DNA of 64,000 nucleotides from a virus. The stretch lies in IMG/VR virus record IMGVR_UViG_3300042893_001103, positions 8,190-72,189 of that record. One strand, written 5' to 3'. Position 1 is the first letter of the stretch, and each line of letters starts with the position of its first letter. Below the pieces are notes generated by a model. The model saw nothing but the letters and a program-made list of their open reading frames with translations, made no database searches and had not been told where the DNA came from. Below are positions 49,538 to 59,048 of this stretch, in pieces. A program made the position numbers and the translations under genes.

Positions 49538-49702
49538 GTGCCTAGAAGAGACGAAGACGAGCCACTGGACAAATACATCCAATACGTCAGTAAACTAAGA
49601 GGCGCGCCCGACGATTTTGAAGATTGGGCAGTAGACAACAATGTAAAGTTGCCTGCAAAAAAGAAAACAAACAAACCAGAGGATAATTATGACGATACCT
49701 AG
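49538..49702 (+). CDS. Small hypothetical protein (54 aa, below the track cutoff)
   Basis: GTG start; MPRRDEDEPLDKYIQYVSKLRGAPDDFEDWAVD...; overlaps the next ORF start. Confidence 0.4.
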   Translation: MPRRDEDEPLDKYIQYVSKLRGAPDDFEDWAVDNNVKLPAKKKTNKPEDNYDDT

Positions 49703-49886
49703 TCCGGACGCATTCAAAGATAAGGGAACATGGGAAAGATGGAAGAAAAGAAACTCTCCCGGAATGTCACCTGAAGAAATAATTAAGTCAATGGAAGCAG
49801 CGCCGCATCCTTTTACAAAAGACCCAAATAATCCCTTCACAATTCTCAAGAGAGAACGAGAAATAAGAGAAGCCGGCGAACAGTGA
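49689..49886 (+). CDS. Small hypothetical protein
   Basis: GAGG SD; GTGA overlap with the next gene. Confidence 0.55.
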   Translation: MTIPSPDAFKDKGTWERWKKRNSPGMSPEEIIKSMEAAPHPFTKDPNNPFTILKREREIREAGEQ

Positions 49887-50149
49887 TACTCAAGCCAGGA
49901 ACAGACCCAGAAGAAGCCGCAAAACTGAGGGCTTCAATGAATAAAATTCATCAGCAGATTGATGACTTCTTAACACTCAAAGACACTATTGAGTCAGACA
50001 ATCCTGCAAAGGATGCGTGGAAAGCGGTATATGGGTGGGACAATCCAGCGCTTGACGAGAACACAAAAGAAGGCAAAGCGTTGAAAGCCAGAATAGCAAG
50101 AATGTTCGGTAAAGATATTGATACTCAAGAAAAAGACGAGAAAAACTAA
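49883..50149 (+). CDS. Small hypothetical protein
   Basis: Coupled to neighbours at both ends. Confidence 0.6.
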   Translation: MILKPGTDPEEAAKLRASMNKIHQQIDDFLTLKDTIESDNPAKDAWKAVYGWDNPALDENTKEGKALKARIARMFGKDIDTQEKDEKN

Positions 50150-51153
50150 TGGATTCAATTTTTTCTTTTGACGAAAGCAAATGGTCTGTTTTTGATGTTT
50201 CGTACTCTATTGAACTCAAAGAACAGTACCCAGAGATTTGGGCTATGTCTGGTGGCTCCAAGTCAGACTACATACATGAAGTCTTGTTAGAGATATTTGA
50301 AAGTGGTGGAGTGGCGACAACACCGGAACAAGTGGAAGTTCTTGAACTGAGAGAATCATGGATTAACAGGCATGTTTACGACAGTCAGCCAGCAGGTTAC
50401 GTGGCTCAAGTTAAGTGGCTTGCCGTATCTTCAAATGGCGAAGCGTGGCAGAAAAGAAAAATCAACGAAGAAGTTTCAAAATTCCACACAAGAACAGAAT
50501 GGATTCTTGAAAAAGGTCTTCCCTGCTGGAAGGGCTACGAGCAAGTCGGAATGAAGATGGGGAAAAAGGGGAAAATGGTTCCCAACTGTGTCCCCATTAA
50601 GACCAAGAGCGCTCAACTCAAAGACCCCAAAGGCGGCCTTACCGCCGCAGGACGAAAGTTCTTTAAACGCACGGAGGGGGCAGACCTGAAACCTGGAGTA
50701 AAAGGCGCTGCCAACACCCCAGAGAAGATGCGCAGAAAAGGGTCGTTCCTCACCAGATTCTTCACCAACCCGTCTGGGCCAATGAAGGACGACAGGGGAC
50801 GCCCTACGCGTCTTGCTTTGTCGGCTGCAGCGTGGGGGGAACCTGTCCCTCAGGACGCCTCAGACGCTGCTGCGCTGGCTGCTAAGGGCCGCAGAATGCT
50901 TGATAGGTACGAGAGAGCCAAGAAAAAAGATTCTTTTGAAAACATTGAAACAAAAGTATTTACTGATTCTTCTAATGAAGGAAAATTCAAGAGTTATATT
51001 GATTCTTTAGACGACAAAAAGTTTGAAGAATTATTTCCAGACGATGACCAAAGTAGTTGGAATATACCAACGGAAGAAAAGTGGATATTTGATGTTGCTG
51101 GTGCTTTCCTGAGAAGGTCAATAACAAACAGACGGCGCAAAAGAAGAAGGTAA
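50149..51153 (+). CDS. Modular head-associated protein (CWKGY..VPNCVP motif and DUF6321-like domain)
   Basis: PCWKGYEQVGMK..KGKMVPNCVP; KDPKGGLTAAGRK...RRKGSF..RF...PTRLALSAAAWG. Confidence 0.7.
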   Translation: MDSIFSFDESKWSVFDVSYSIELKEQYPEIWAMSGGSKSDYIHEVLLEIFESGGVATTPEQVEVLELRESWINRHVYDSQPAGYVAQVKWLAVSSNGEAWQKRKINEEVSKFHTRTEWILEKGLPCWKGYEQVGMKMGKKGKMVPNCVPIKTKSAQLKDPKGGLTAAGRKFFKRTEGADLKPGVKGAANTPEKMRRKGSFLTRFFTNPSGPMKDDRGRPTRLALSAAAWGEPVPQDASDAAALAAKGRRMLDRYERAKKKDSFENIETKVFTDSSNEGKFKSYIDSLDDKKFEELFPDDDQSSWNIPTEEKWIFDVAGAFLRRSITNRRRKRRR

Positions 51154-51156
51154 ATA

Positions 51157-51609
51157 ATGACCACATGGGGAGAATACAAGGGCGAAATAAAGGGTTTCAG
51201 GTTTGAAACAAAGGCGGATAAGAAATGCCCTCCAGCGACACAAGACATTGCTATAAACATAAAGAACCGTCAGAAGGCTATTCAGTCCGCAGCGTATGGA
51301 CCCCTCAACCCCAAGCAGCCAAACGATAAGTTTTGGCAGGATAAAGCAGATAGATGGGACGTATCTATCCCTTCGGCAAAGAAGCAGAAATGTGGAAACT
51401 GCATTCTTTTCGTACGTTCGCCAAGAATTCTTGACTGCATTGAAACAGGACTCGGGAACGAGTCTGGCGCAGCGTGGGACGTAATTGAAGCAGGAAAGAT
51501 TGGCTACTGCGAAGCATTTGACTTCAAGTGCCACGCCGAACGCACCTGCGACGCATGGGTCGTGGGTGGGCCAACCGTAACGGACAACGACAGTCGGAAA
51601 CCAGACTAA
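51157..51609 (+). CDS. Cys-rich phage protein with HiPIP-like CxxC..C..C..C..W pattern
   Basis: CPPATQD...YGPLNP...CGNC..F...GYCEAFDFKC...RTCDAW. Confidence 0.65.
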   Translation: MTTWGEYKGEIKGFRFETKADKKCPPATQDIAINIKNRQKAIQSAAYGPLNPKQPNDKFWQDKADRWDVSIPSAKKQKCGNCILFVRSPRILDCIETGLGNESGAAWDVIEAGKIGYCEAFDFKCHAERTCDAWVVGGPTVTDNDSRKPD

Positions 51610-52013
51610 TGACAAACGAAAGATTCTGGTACGGAGCAACCCTGTTAAAAGTTATTGATGGTGACACAATTGAACTCATGATTGACCTTGGGTTTAATAT
51701 CCATCACAAAATTCGTGTTCGTCTTTACGGAGTAAACACTCCAGAATCACGCACCAAAGACCTTGCCGAAAAAGCAATGGGTCTTAAAGCAAAGGCTTAT
51801 ACGCAGGATTGGCTAACCAATCATAAGTGGGTATTTGTTAATACGATTCCCGATAAGAACGACAAATACGGGCGTATTTTGGCTCGTATTTTTTCTTCGG
51901 ACGATATTGATGACCCGACCACCGCTTGTCTCAACAAAGACATTATCCAGTCTGGCTACGCTCGTGAATATTTTGGCGTAGGCGACAAAACTTGGACTGA
52001 GTTTAAGAAATAA
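51609..52013 (+). CDS. Thermonuclease (SNase-like)
   Basis: VIDGDT..L.IDLGF...RVRLYGVNTPE...DKYGRIL. Confidence 0.92.
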   Translation: MTNERFWYGATLLKVIDGDTIELMIDLGFNIHHKIRVRLYGVNTPESRTKDLAEKAMGLKAKAYTQDWLTNHKWVFVNTIPDKNDKYGRILARIFSSDDIDDPTTACLNKDIIQSGYAREYFGVGDKTWTEFKK

Positions 52014-52044
52014 AAAACCCCACCCCAATTAAGGAGCGGGGTTT
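52012..52044 (-). terminator. Intrinsic terminator between convergent genes
   Basis: Minus strand aaaccccgctcc-ttaatt-ggggtggggttt followed by T's. Confidence 0.75.
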
Positions 52045-52066
52045 CTTACTACTTAGGAGGTAATGA

Positions 52067-52459
52067 TTAGTCGTTTACGCCGTCGGCTTGAATGTGTGTT
52101 GCGTCTGATACTTCAGAAACAGTGAAAGTTGCTGTTGCACCAGTTCCTGCTGTACCAGAACCAACGGTCAAGATATCAAGGTGAACAAGTGCGCCCTTTG
52201 CAAAAGCGAGGTTTGATGCAGTTGCCGAGAGTGTTCCATCTGCTGAAGTTCCAGAGGCTGCTACCGAGAAGGTTGCTGCAGTGTTTGCTCCAACAAGAAG
52301 TCCTGCGGTAAGTGCTGAACCTGCTGGTGCGCCAGTAACTGCCAATGTAGCACCAGTGATTACGCCCTTGTAAGGCATTCTCATGGTTACGACGCTGGTT
52401 GTTGCAAGCGTTCCTGGGATTGTCAGAGTGATTGTCTGTGGTGCGATAATTGCTGTCAT
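52067..52459 (-). CDS. Ala/Thr/Gly-rich beta protein, possibly a virion decoration protein
   Basis: Own promoter (TATTAT), AGGAG SD and terminator; composition resembles structural beta-sandwiches. Confidence 0.5.
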   Translation of the reverse strand: MTAIIAPQTITLTIPGTLATTSVVTMRMPYKGVITGATLAVTGAPAGSALTAGLLVGANTAATFSVAASGTSADGTLSATASNLAFAKGALVHLDILTVGSGTAGTGATATFTVSEVSDATHIQADGVND

Positions 52460-52541
52460 TTTGTTCTCCTATGCCGAACTGTTTTTTTGCCTTTCGGCGC
52501 TTAATGTAAATAATACATCATGGGTGACCCCGTGTGCGGAA

Positions 52542-54587
52542 TTACCCCTGATTGTCCTTAATAAATTTTATTTCGCATGAATCCGTTGTGCAGTAAGACT
52601 CCCCGATTGCATCGGCAGCCATTCCTGCATATACGCCCGTGAAGTCAATAGGAAATAATGATTTACCTGCCTCTTCATATACGCTCTGCTCTATCTGTGT
52701 GTACGGCATTTGCGGATAGGTGAAGTTTCCTTGGGGCAAGAACGACACAGTTTTAAGTTGACCGTCATACATGTGGAGTACGGTGCCGATGTGTTCTTTT
52801 TCTTTCTCTGCGTCAAAGGAAATCGTAACTGACACCGAGTTGTCCGACCAGTAGCGTTGTGCAACTGCTGCTAGTGACATCTTTTCAAAGATTGTTACGT
52901 CCTTTTCGGAGCGACGTGCGTCTGACTTGATTGGGAAGAACACTACGGATGTTGTATCTGGAGATTCCGAGGCAGGCTCAACTCTATAGTTGGCCATTCT
53001 GAACAATGGAAGCATTGGGTCTTCATTAGAGAATCTAATCGCTCTATCAAAATACTCACCGCCTGGAGTCCAATGAACACCAGGAGATTCGCCGGCAAGG
53101 ATAGAAACTGTTCCAGATGGTTTTACTGTTGTCATCTTGATTGACTCACGAATTCCGAGCCACTCCGAGTAAGAAACATCATAATTCTTTACCGTGTTGT
53201 ACCCAGTGTCCATCCACTCACGAAGAACTGGCATTCCCACGCGGTCAGCGAAGTTAGCAACACCGGACATTGAAGTACCGATGCGACGATTGCGTTGCAT
53301 GATTGCGTTTGTCTCTTCCCAGTGGGTAGGAAGAAGCGTTACGGTCTTTGCGTAAAGATATGCAAACTTCAAGGTTCGCTTGTAATCATCCAAAGAATCA
53401 TGGCGATTGAGGTATGTCTCCACGAGAGTACAGCACTCATATGACTCAAGAGATTGTTCTGCACATGGGTTATATCCAGCAACACGCCAGTCTTTGTTGT
53501 TTGCAGGGTCTGCAAGACGACCGTATTTACGAGACATGTCAAGCCAGATAACTCCTGGCTCTCCATTGAGCGCAATTCCGTCAACAATCTTAGAAAGGTC
53601 CTTGCCTACAGAGGTTTCAACGGAGTTGTTTGACATCCATCCCCAACCAAGTGATTCTGGGTCGTATGAGTTGCGCTCAGGAAATACTGATGAGTTTTTC
53701 AAGTTAAGAAATTCATCATCATCCAAACTACCAATCAGCAATTCTGCGGAGCGACGAACGTTTCCAGAAACAACACAAACACCAATCATGTTTCCAATGT
53801 CTGCAATATCAACCTTTGTAATTAATTGACCATTGCGGTTTTCAAACATCTTTCTAATGTATTTATGCAGTCGTTCTAACGAAGCGTGACCAGCAGCAGT
53901 ACCACCAAATGTTTTGATAGGTGTTCCTGCAGGGCGAATTAGTGAATAATCAAAGATGATTGGTGACTGGTCTTGCTTTAAGTAAGAATTAATCAACATG
54001 CTGACAGAAGAAACCCAGCCTTCTCGGCTGTCTTCAATGACTTCTGTAACTGGTGGCTTTGTTGGCTCATAGATAGTGAATTCTTTTTCTGCACCCTTGT
54101 TGTCAAAACCAACACCGACACCAAGCATTGATGCTTCCATAAGAAACGCAAAAGGCTTTGCAGGATTGTTCTTTGTCATTTCAGATGTTGATACAAATGC
54201 ACAGTTCTGCAACGCAGCAGAGTTTTTCTGAACATTGACTAACGGAGTTCCCATAACCCACAAGCCACGACCAGGTGGAGTCCACTTCAGGTTAAACAAA
54301 CGGTCAAACGCTTCTTTTGCAGATGCTTGTGCTTTGGAATCGTTCCAGGGTAGACGATTTGTTTTGCAGTGGTCTTTCTGCAGGGAGTACATACCGTTGA
54401 TTACGCGTTCACAAACATCTGACCATGTTTCTTTTGTTCCGTCTTCTTTTAAGCGCGAATAAGTACGCAAAAAAGTTATTTCTCCTACAGAGTTACCGCC
54501 GGCATCAACATAACCAAATGGTGCTTTTTTTGTTCTGTAAGAACTAATAAAATCTTCTGATAGGCGGAATGTGAAAAATGAAGACAC
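52542..54587 (-). CDS. nrdJ: Class II (AdoCbl-dependent) ribonucleotide reductase, monomeric RTPR type
   Basis: PPGRGLW, NCAF, GNVRRSAE, NPCAEQ.L...CCTLVE, TTVKPSGT, C-terminal CTTDSC. Confidence 0.95.
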   Translation of the reverse strand: MSSFFTFRLSEDFISSYRTKKAPFGYVDAGGNSVGEITFLRTYSRLKEDGTKETWSDVCERVINGMYSLQKDHCKTNRLPWNDSKAQASAKEAFDRLFNLKWTPPGRGLWVMGTPLVNVQKNSAALQNCAFVSTSEMTKNNPAKPFAFLMEASMLGVGVGFDNKGAEKEFTIYEPTKPPVTEVIEDSREGWVSSVSMLINSYLKQDQSPIIFDYSLIRPAGTPIKTFGGTAAGHASLERLHKYIRKMFENRNGQLITKVDIADIGNMIGVCVVSGNVRRSAELLIGSLDDDEFLNLKNSSVFPERNSYDPESLGWGWMSNNSVETSVGKDLSKIVDGIALNGEPGVIWLDMSRKYGRLADPANNKDWRVAGYNPCAEQSLESYECCTLVETYLNRHDSLDDYKRTLKFAYLYAKTVTLLPTHWEETNAIMQRNRRIGTSMSGVANFADRVGMPVLREWMDTGYNTVKNYDVSYSEWLGIRESIKMTTVKPSGTVSILAGESPGVHWTPGGEYFDRAIRFSNEDPMLPLFRMANYRVEPASESPDTTSVVFFPIKSDARRSEKDVTIFEKMSLAAVAQRYWSDNSVSVTISFDAEKEKEHIGTVLHMYDGQLKTVSFLPQGNFTYPQMPYTQIEQSVYEEAGKSLFPIDFTGVYAGMAADAIGESYCTTDSCEIKFIKDNQG

Positions 54588-54657
54588 TTACTCGCTCCTC
54601 TTTCTATTTGTATGTTTAGGAAATCAATCATACAACCAACACCCTGTTTACACCCGT

Positions 54658-54960
54658 CTAAGCAATGCCCAAATTTTTTGCTTTCTCAAGTGTTACGTAT
54701 GAACCTTTATGATGAATAATCACACGTGCTTTTGTGAATGGAGTGATTTGCCTATCTTCGTAGATGTCTTCTTCTACTAAAAATGTCTGCAGTTCTTTTA
54801 ATGTTTCAATAACTCCGGTAAGACCAACAATTTTTTTTGGTGGACCATCTTCTCCGTCGCAATCACCTGTAGGGTGACCGCAAACTGGACAAGGTTCACG
54901 AGTTGCTCTTAGAATAGATATTCCGTCGCCAAGTTTTTCAGTTGCGGAATCTCTAAACAT
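54658..54960 (-). CDS. Small protein with CPxCGH..C motif
   Basis: PCPVCGHPTGDC; TAAAAT 5 nt before ATG 54960. Confidence 0.65.
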   Translation of the reverse strand: MFRDSATEKLGDGISILRATREPCPVCGHPTGDCDGEDGPPKKIVGLTGVIETLKELQTFLVEEDIYEDRQITPFTKARVIIHHKGSYVTLEKAKNLGIA

Positions 54961-55050
54961 ACTCAATTTTACCTCGCCTGGTTCACCTGGTCGGTGAACT
55001 GTGTCTTATAAACACAGTCTAAACATAAGGTTCAATTCCTTAGGCGAGGA

Positions 55051-55680
55051 CTAATAGAAAACCTGAAGGTGAAAACCGAGGTTATTAATTGCTTCCGCTG
55101 CATCGTCTTCATCTTTTTCGTTGACAATATATTGTTCCATTATTGTCTTGTACAAAAGTGCTGGATAACTCTTGTCACGCAATGTTCTTACCGCTCCGTC
55201 TGGATAAACAGTAATCGGCTTAAAAATCATCCTATTTTGGGCTAGATATTCATAAGAAATTGAAACAAGCGTTAGTTCTGCTCCTCCCATTTCGTCACTT
55301 TCGGCGTGAGTTACAGTAATGCACTCATTTACTCCGGTAGTTTCGTCAAGAAATGCTTTCTGAAGGTCAAGTCCTCGTGTTTTTTCTATATCCGGAGAAC
55401 AGTACCCCTCGGCCACCATGGAGAGGCTGTCAATATCCCAGAAACCCTTAAGAATCCCAAGCATTGCCGCGCATCTTTGAAGCCTGTCTATTGGTTTTTC
55501 CTGCATGTGCTTCTTACTTAACTGCACAATGGCGAGAACCTTGCCATCTTTCCATCCAATAAAATTGAATGCCAAATCTTCCCCGACTCCTAACTCACTA
55601 ACAAAACCTTGTTTTGCTAATTGAGCAGATGTCAAGGCTAATGCTATTTTTGAAAATTCGTCTGGGTATAAATCATCCAC
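55051..55680 (-). CDS. Hypothetical protein
   Basis: 209-aa ORF with TAATGT 6 nt before GTG. Confidence 0.7.
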   Translation of the reverse strand: MDDLYPDEFSKIALALTSAQLAKQGFVSELGVGEDLAFNFIGWKDGKVLAIVQLSKKHMQEKPIDRLQRCAAMLGILKGFWDIDSLSMVAEGYCSPDIEKTRGLDLQKAFLDETTGVNECITVTHAESDEMGGAELTLVSISYEYLAQNRMIFKPITVYPDGAVRTLRDKSYPALLYKTIMEQYIVNEKDEDDAAEAINNLGFHLQVFY

Positions 55681-55716
55681 ACGCCCACATTAGTGCACTT
55701 AATGCTATAGTCGGGG

Positions 55717-56049
55717 ATGTCCTATGGGGCCAAAAATCTTAACAAAGAAAGACAAGACATGAGTAAGCAACCAGCAAAGAAAACAGCAGCGAAGAAGACG
55801 GCAACAAAAAAAGCCGCTCCCAAGAAGAAGGCTGCTCCTGCGAAGAAGGCTGCAACAAAAAAGGCAGACCCAGTAAAGCGCGCCTACAACAAAGTTGAAA
55901 AAGTTGCCAAAGAAAATGGCATTGATTTTGATACTTACGAAGAAAAAGCAATTGAAGCAATTGAAGAAGCGTCAGAAAAAGTAGTCGCCGAATTTGTAAA
56001 AAATCGCAAGGGCTTACTCAGCAAACTGTTTGCTTGGATTAAGAAGTAA
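55717..56049 (+). CDS. Histone H1-like (AKK-repeat) basic protein
   Basis: PAKKTAAKKTATKKAAPKKKAAPAKKAATKK; start at 55717 or 55759. Confidence 0.75.
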   Translation: MSYGAKNLNKERQDMSKQPAKKTAAKKTATKKAAPKKKAAPAKKAATKKADPVKRAYNKVEKVAKENGIDFDTYEEKAIEAIEEASEKVVAEFVKNRKGLLSKLFAWIKK

Positions 56050-56060
56050 AAAACCACTCA

Positions 56061-56107
56061 AAACAACCCCTGGGGCGAAAATTTGTTCGCCTCGGGGGTT
56101 GTTTTAT
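56061..56107 (+). terminator. Intrinsic terminator
   Basis: aaacaacccctggggcgaa / ttcgcctcgggggttgttt stem with a T tail. Confidence 0.8.
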
Positions 56108-56151
56108 TTATATGCCTAGATACGCTTTCTTTTAATAAAGGAAGGTCTCAG

Positions 56152-56370
56152 ATGGCAAGAACACATGGCAACAAAGAGTTTGCCGCCGTAGTGCGAGAGA
56201 TTGAACGCATCGGCTTCAGGGTTGAACAGACCAAGCGTGGCGTTTACAAGATTTACCCGCCACTCAGTATTGGTGGGCGTATGTACACAACCCACGGAAC
56301 ACCAAAGGCGATGAAAGCCATCAAAAGCGAGTTTCGTAAAATCTACGGCATTGACTTGGCCTCAATATGA
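56152..56370 (+). CDS. HicA-like small protein
   Basis: IERIGFRVEQTKRGVYKIYPP...YTTHGTP; the usual G-x-H is replaced by GVY. Confidence 0.55.
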   Translation: MARTHGNKEFAAVVREIERIGFRVEQTKRGVYKIYPPLSIGGRMYTTHGTPKAMKAIKSEFRKIYGIDLASI

Positions 56371-56744
56371 TTTACCCAGAAAAAGAGATGTATGGCGTTC
56401 TGGAGCCACAACCACCAGAAGTAAGACTGTCGGCAGAGCCGCTTCTTGCTCTTTTTAGGATTGAGGGCTCCGAAAATAGCATTTCGGCTCTAGCAATGCG
56501 CTTAGGAACAGAACGCAACGCCATCTACAGGTGGATAGAGAACGGCATCAACCTCAGAGTCGCCGAAAACATGGCTGAGAAAATAAACACCCATCCTGCC
56601 TTGATTTGGGGTCCTGAATATCACATCGCAACCTACATGGAAGCAAACCGTCAAACCATAATGGCACGTAGAAAACGGGAAAAACTCGTTCTTCGGCGTT
56701 CTATTGCGAGAAAGGAAAAGAGAGATGAAAGAATCACACAATAA
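56367..56744 (+). CDS. HTH DNA-binding protein
   Basis: ISALAMRLGTERNAIYRWIENG...HPALIWG. Confidence 0.7.
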   Translation: MIYPEKEMYGVLEPQPPEVRLSAEPLLALFRIEGSENSISALAMRLGTERNAIYRWIENGINLRVAENMAEKINTHPALIWGPEYHIATYMEANRQTIMARRKREKLVLRRSIARKEKRDERITQ

Positions 56745-56994
56745 GAAAAAAATTTTCTACAGCCCTGAGCAGACAGCACTAACGCTTAACTTTATTGTTG
56801 ACTTCACCAAAGAACGTGGTTATCCACCGTCCGTTAGAGAAGTGGGCGAGAAAATCGGCGTTAGTTCGTCGTCAACTATCCATAAATTCATACGTCAATG
56901 CGTTGATGCAGGGTACGTAGACCTTGATGCACGCATCCCTCGGTCAATAAGAGTTTCCAAGATAGGCAAAAAGTACTTATCTTCGGCTCAATGA
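56725..56994 (+). CDS. LexA-type DNA-binding domain only (no S24 peptidase domain)
   Basis: FIVDFTKERGYPPSVREVGEKIGVSSSSTIH...GY......RSIRV, about 89 aa. Confidence 0.85.
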   Translation: MKESHNKKKIFYSPEQTALTLNFIVDFTKERGYPPSVREVGEKIGVSSSSTIHKFIRQCVDAGYVDLDARIPRSIRVSKIGKKYLSSAQ

Positions 56995-56995
56995 G

Positions 56996-57068
56996 TGCCC
57001 TTGGTTGGATTTGAACCAACGACCTGCGGATTAGAAGTCCGTTGCGCTATCCACTGCGCCACAAGGGC
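56996..57068 (-). tRNA. tRNA-Arg(TCT)
   Basis: Reverse complement GCCCTTGTGGCGCAGTGGATAGCGCAACGGACTTCTAATCCGCAGGTCGTTGGTTCAAATCCAACCAAGGGCA forms a cloverleaf with anticodon TCT; CCA not encoded. Confidence 0.93.
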
Positions 57069-57118
57069 TTATGGCTACAATCTAGCCTCTCCAGATAAAG
57101 AATGCAAGAAAGGCAAAA

Positions 57119-57616
57119 ATGGCATACAACTACATTGAGGCCTTCACCGAAGGTCATTCTTATAACAAAGTCGTTGCGAAGTATTTAATTGACAAAGGAA
57201 TACCGTGTACTGTCCCCGAACTGCAAATAGCAAAAAATCGTGAAGAGCGCCGGCAGATGACATTGACAGAAAAAGACATTACGCTTGATTTATTGCCACA
57301 TATCTTGGAAGTAAAGAACGTCAGCGTGGAATTTGGTTGGGACCCCAAAGACTTCCCGTTCCCCACAACGATTGTTGACACAGTTAACAGTTACGAAGAC
57401 AAACAACAGAAACCGCTTGCATATATTTTGCGCAGTAAGAAAACTGGCGCAATGCTCGCTGTGGGACCATCATCAAAAGACAGATGGAAGAACAAGAACC
57501 TGTACGACAAGAAACAGGAACTAACAGACAACTTCTACATAGTTGACAAACGTGACTTGCGAAGTATGGATGAACTTGTAGAGCACATCCTCAAACTCCA
57601 AAAACGTACTTCATAA
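57119..57616 (+). CDS. PD-(D/E)XK nuclease-like protein
   Basis: KDITL....ILEVK; AAGG SD and upstream TACAAT. Confidence 0.5.
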   Translation: MAYNYIEAFTEGHSYNKVVAKYLIDKGIPCTVPELQIAKNREERRQMTLTEKDITLDLLPHILEVKNVSVEFGWDPKDFPFPTTIVDTVNSYEDKQQKPLAYILRSKKTGAMLAVGPSSKDRWKNKNLYDKKQELTDNFYIVDKRDLRSMDELVEHILKLQKRTS

Positions 57617-57735
57617 CTAGATAAAACATGGCAGTTCCATATATCCACATCTTTATCATCGGTTCTATGTCATTTATAAAACTCATTAGATAAATCTATC
57701 CGCACACATCAACGATGTATTTGTATTTATGGGCG

Positions 57736-58329
57736 TCACTGTTCTAGCCAGTTCTTTTTAATCCATTTAGAAATGAACTCAGCACGCAATTTAGAACCCG
57801 TAGAACCGTAATGGACCTTATCAGGATTCAATAGAAACCGCCTACTTTGGATAAATCTATCCCAACCAACAACGTGCATATTGGTATTTCTACTAGCCCT
57901 GTCTTTAAGCATTACGTTCCATAAGGTCGCTGAGCGGTTGTTGCCCTTCTTCCAGCCTTTCCACACCGAAACCCAAGCAACATTCTTGCCTTTAAGTTCC
58001 CTCATGACTGCCGAAACGTTATTACCAAAAGCCTCTGGCTTATGAAGGCCAGTATCGTTCGTACCAAGCGCAATCACCCAACAAGCGTCCTTGTCAACGC
58101 GCTTCTTGTAGTACCTGACCGCTTCTAAGCCCGTGTGACGGTCGTTAGGCATCTTCGTAAACACCGACCTACTTCCGGCAGCAGAAATTATGGCGTCAGG
58201 CAAACCGATTTTTTTATATTCAGCAGCCTGAAACTGTTTTGAATGAAGCGTTAAAGAGTCCCCGATGTGGACCACGTTTGAACATGTCCCAGGGACATTC
58301 ATTAGTAGGGAGAACAAAAGACTATACAT
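57736..58329 (-). CDS. SGNH/GDSL hydrolase-like protein with hydrophobic N-terminus
   Basis: IGDSL, ALGTND, DKVH. Confidence 0.85.
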   Translation of the reverse strand: MYSLLFSLLMNVPGTCSNVVHIGDSLTLHSKQFQAAEYKKIGLPDAIISAAGSRSVFTKMPNDRHTGLEAVRYYKKRVDKDACWVIALGTNDTGLHKPEAFGNNVSAVMRELKGKNVAWVSVWKGWKKGNNRSATLWNVMLKDRASRNTNMHVVGWDRFIQSRRFLLNPDKVHYGSTGSKLRAEFISKWIKKNWLEQ

Positions 58330-58816
58330 ATCTATCAAGCACCTCATCTAAAAGGATTGGTTTGTAACCAGTCTGTTCAACGCTTACGCACTGATACCAG
58401 GGGTCTGGAAGGGATTCGGAGTGTAAGTGTCCATGAATGTTGCCTTTATAGCGGTATTTCTGGTGGTCAGAGACTGGAATGTGAGTTAAAACAAATCCGT
58501 CGTACGAAAAAGTGCCCATGATGTCATAAAAATATGGGGTGTAAACATTTAAAGGAAGTCTGTCGTGATTGCCCTTTATTAATAATTTCCTACCATGTAA
58601 GAACCGCATCGTTTTGACACCTTGCTTGTCTATGGCAACATCACCAAGGTGGATAACCGTATCCTCAGGGCCTACTGTCTCATTCCACAACTGAATCATC
58701 TCTTCGTCCATATCTGAAGCGGAATCCCACGGACGTAACTTGTCGCCGTGCTTGGCTGAGAACTCGCAAATGCGTTGGTGTCCCCAATGGGTGTCGGCGG
58801 TAACAAATATTGACAT
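58322..58816 (-). CDS. Calcineurin-like metallophosphoesterase
   Basis: ADTHWGH, HLGD, GNHD, THIP, HGHLH. Confidence 0.92.
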   Translation of the reverse strand: MSIFVTADTHWGHQRICEFSAKHGDKLRPWDSASDMDEEMIQLWNETVGPEDTVIHLGDVAIDKQGVKTMRFLHGRKLLIKGNHDRLPLNVYTPYFYDIMGTFSYDGFVLTHIPVSDHQKYRYKGNIHGHLHSESLPDPWYQCVSVEQTGYKPILLDEVLDRYV

Positions 58817-58985
58817 ATCTCCATCGTACCGGAGAGAAGTAGGAACTCAAACGTTTTGTATGGATTTATCCAATAGTGGGCTAGACCTCAAAATTTGTGG
58901 TGTGCCCCCCCACGCACGGCCGGCCCGTCTGAAAAGAAGCCCCGAGAATCGCCTTACGGGGTCAGAAAACGACCACTTATAGTAG

Positions 58986-59039
58986 TTATCCACACCCTGT
59001 GAATACCACCCCCTGTGGTTGTCCACACCCTGTGGATAA
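58986..59039. promoter_or_regulatory. Cluster of DnaA boxes in two inverted pairs
   Basis: TTATCCACA (58986)-ccc-TGTGAATAC (58998); TTGTCCACA (59019)-ccc-TGTGGATAA (59031). Confidence 0.75.
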
Positions 59040-59048
59040 AGGTCAAAG

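Noticed and set aside
20836-54587. Inteins or introns in terL, portal or nrdJ
   Set aside because: The proteins are of normal length for their core domains, with no C/S...HN splice motifs or homing endonuclease inserts seen
54588-55050. Cobalamin riboswitch or NrdR box upstream of nrdJ; hairpin GTTCACC/GGTGAAC at about 54980-54998
   Set aside because: The intergenic space is too short and I see no B12-box or NrdR consensus; the hairpin alone is uninformative
56083-56151. Track start at 56083 for the HicA-like gene; likewise 31182, 32491, 51528 and 56704
   Set aside because: These starts overlap a terminator or the upstream gene, or lack an RBS; downstream ATGs with SD or coupling are more plausible
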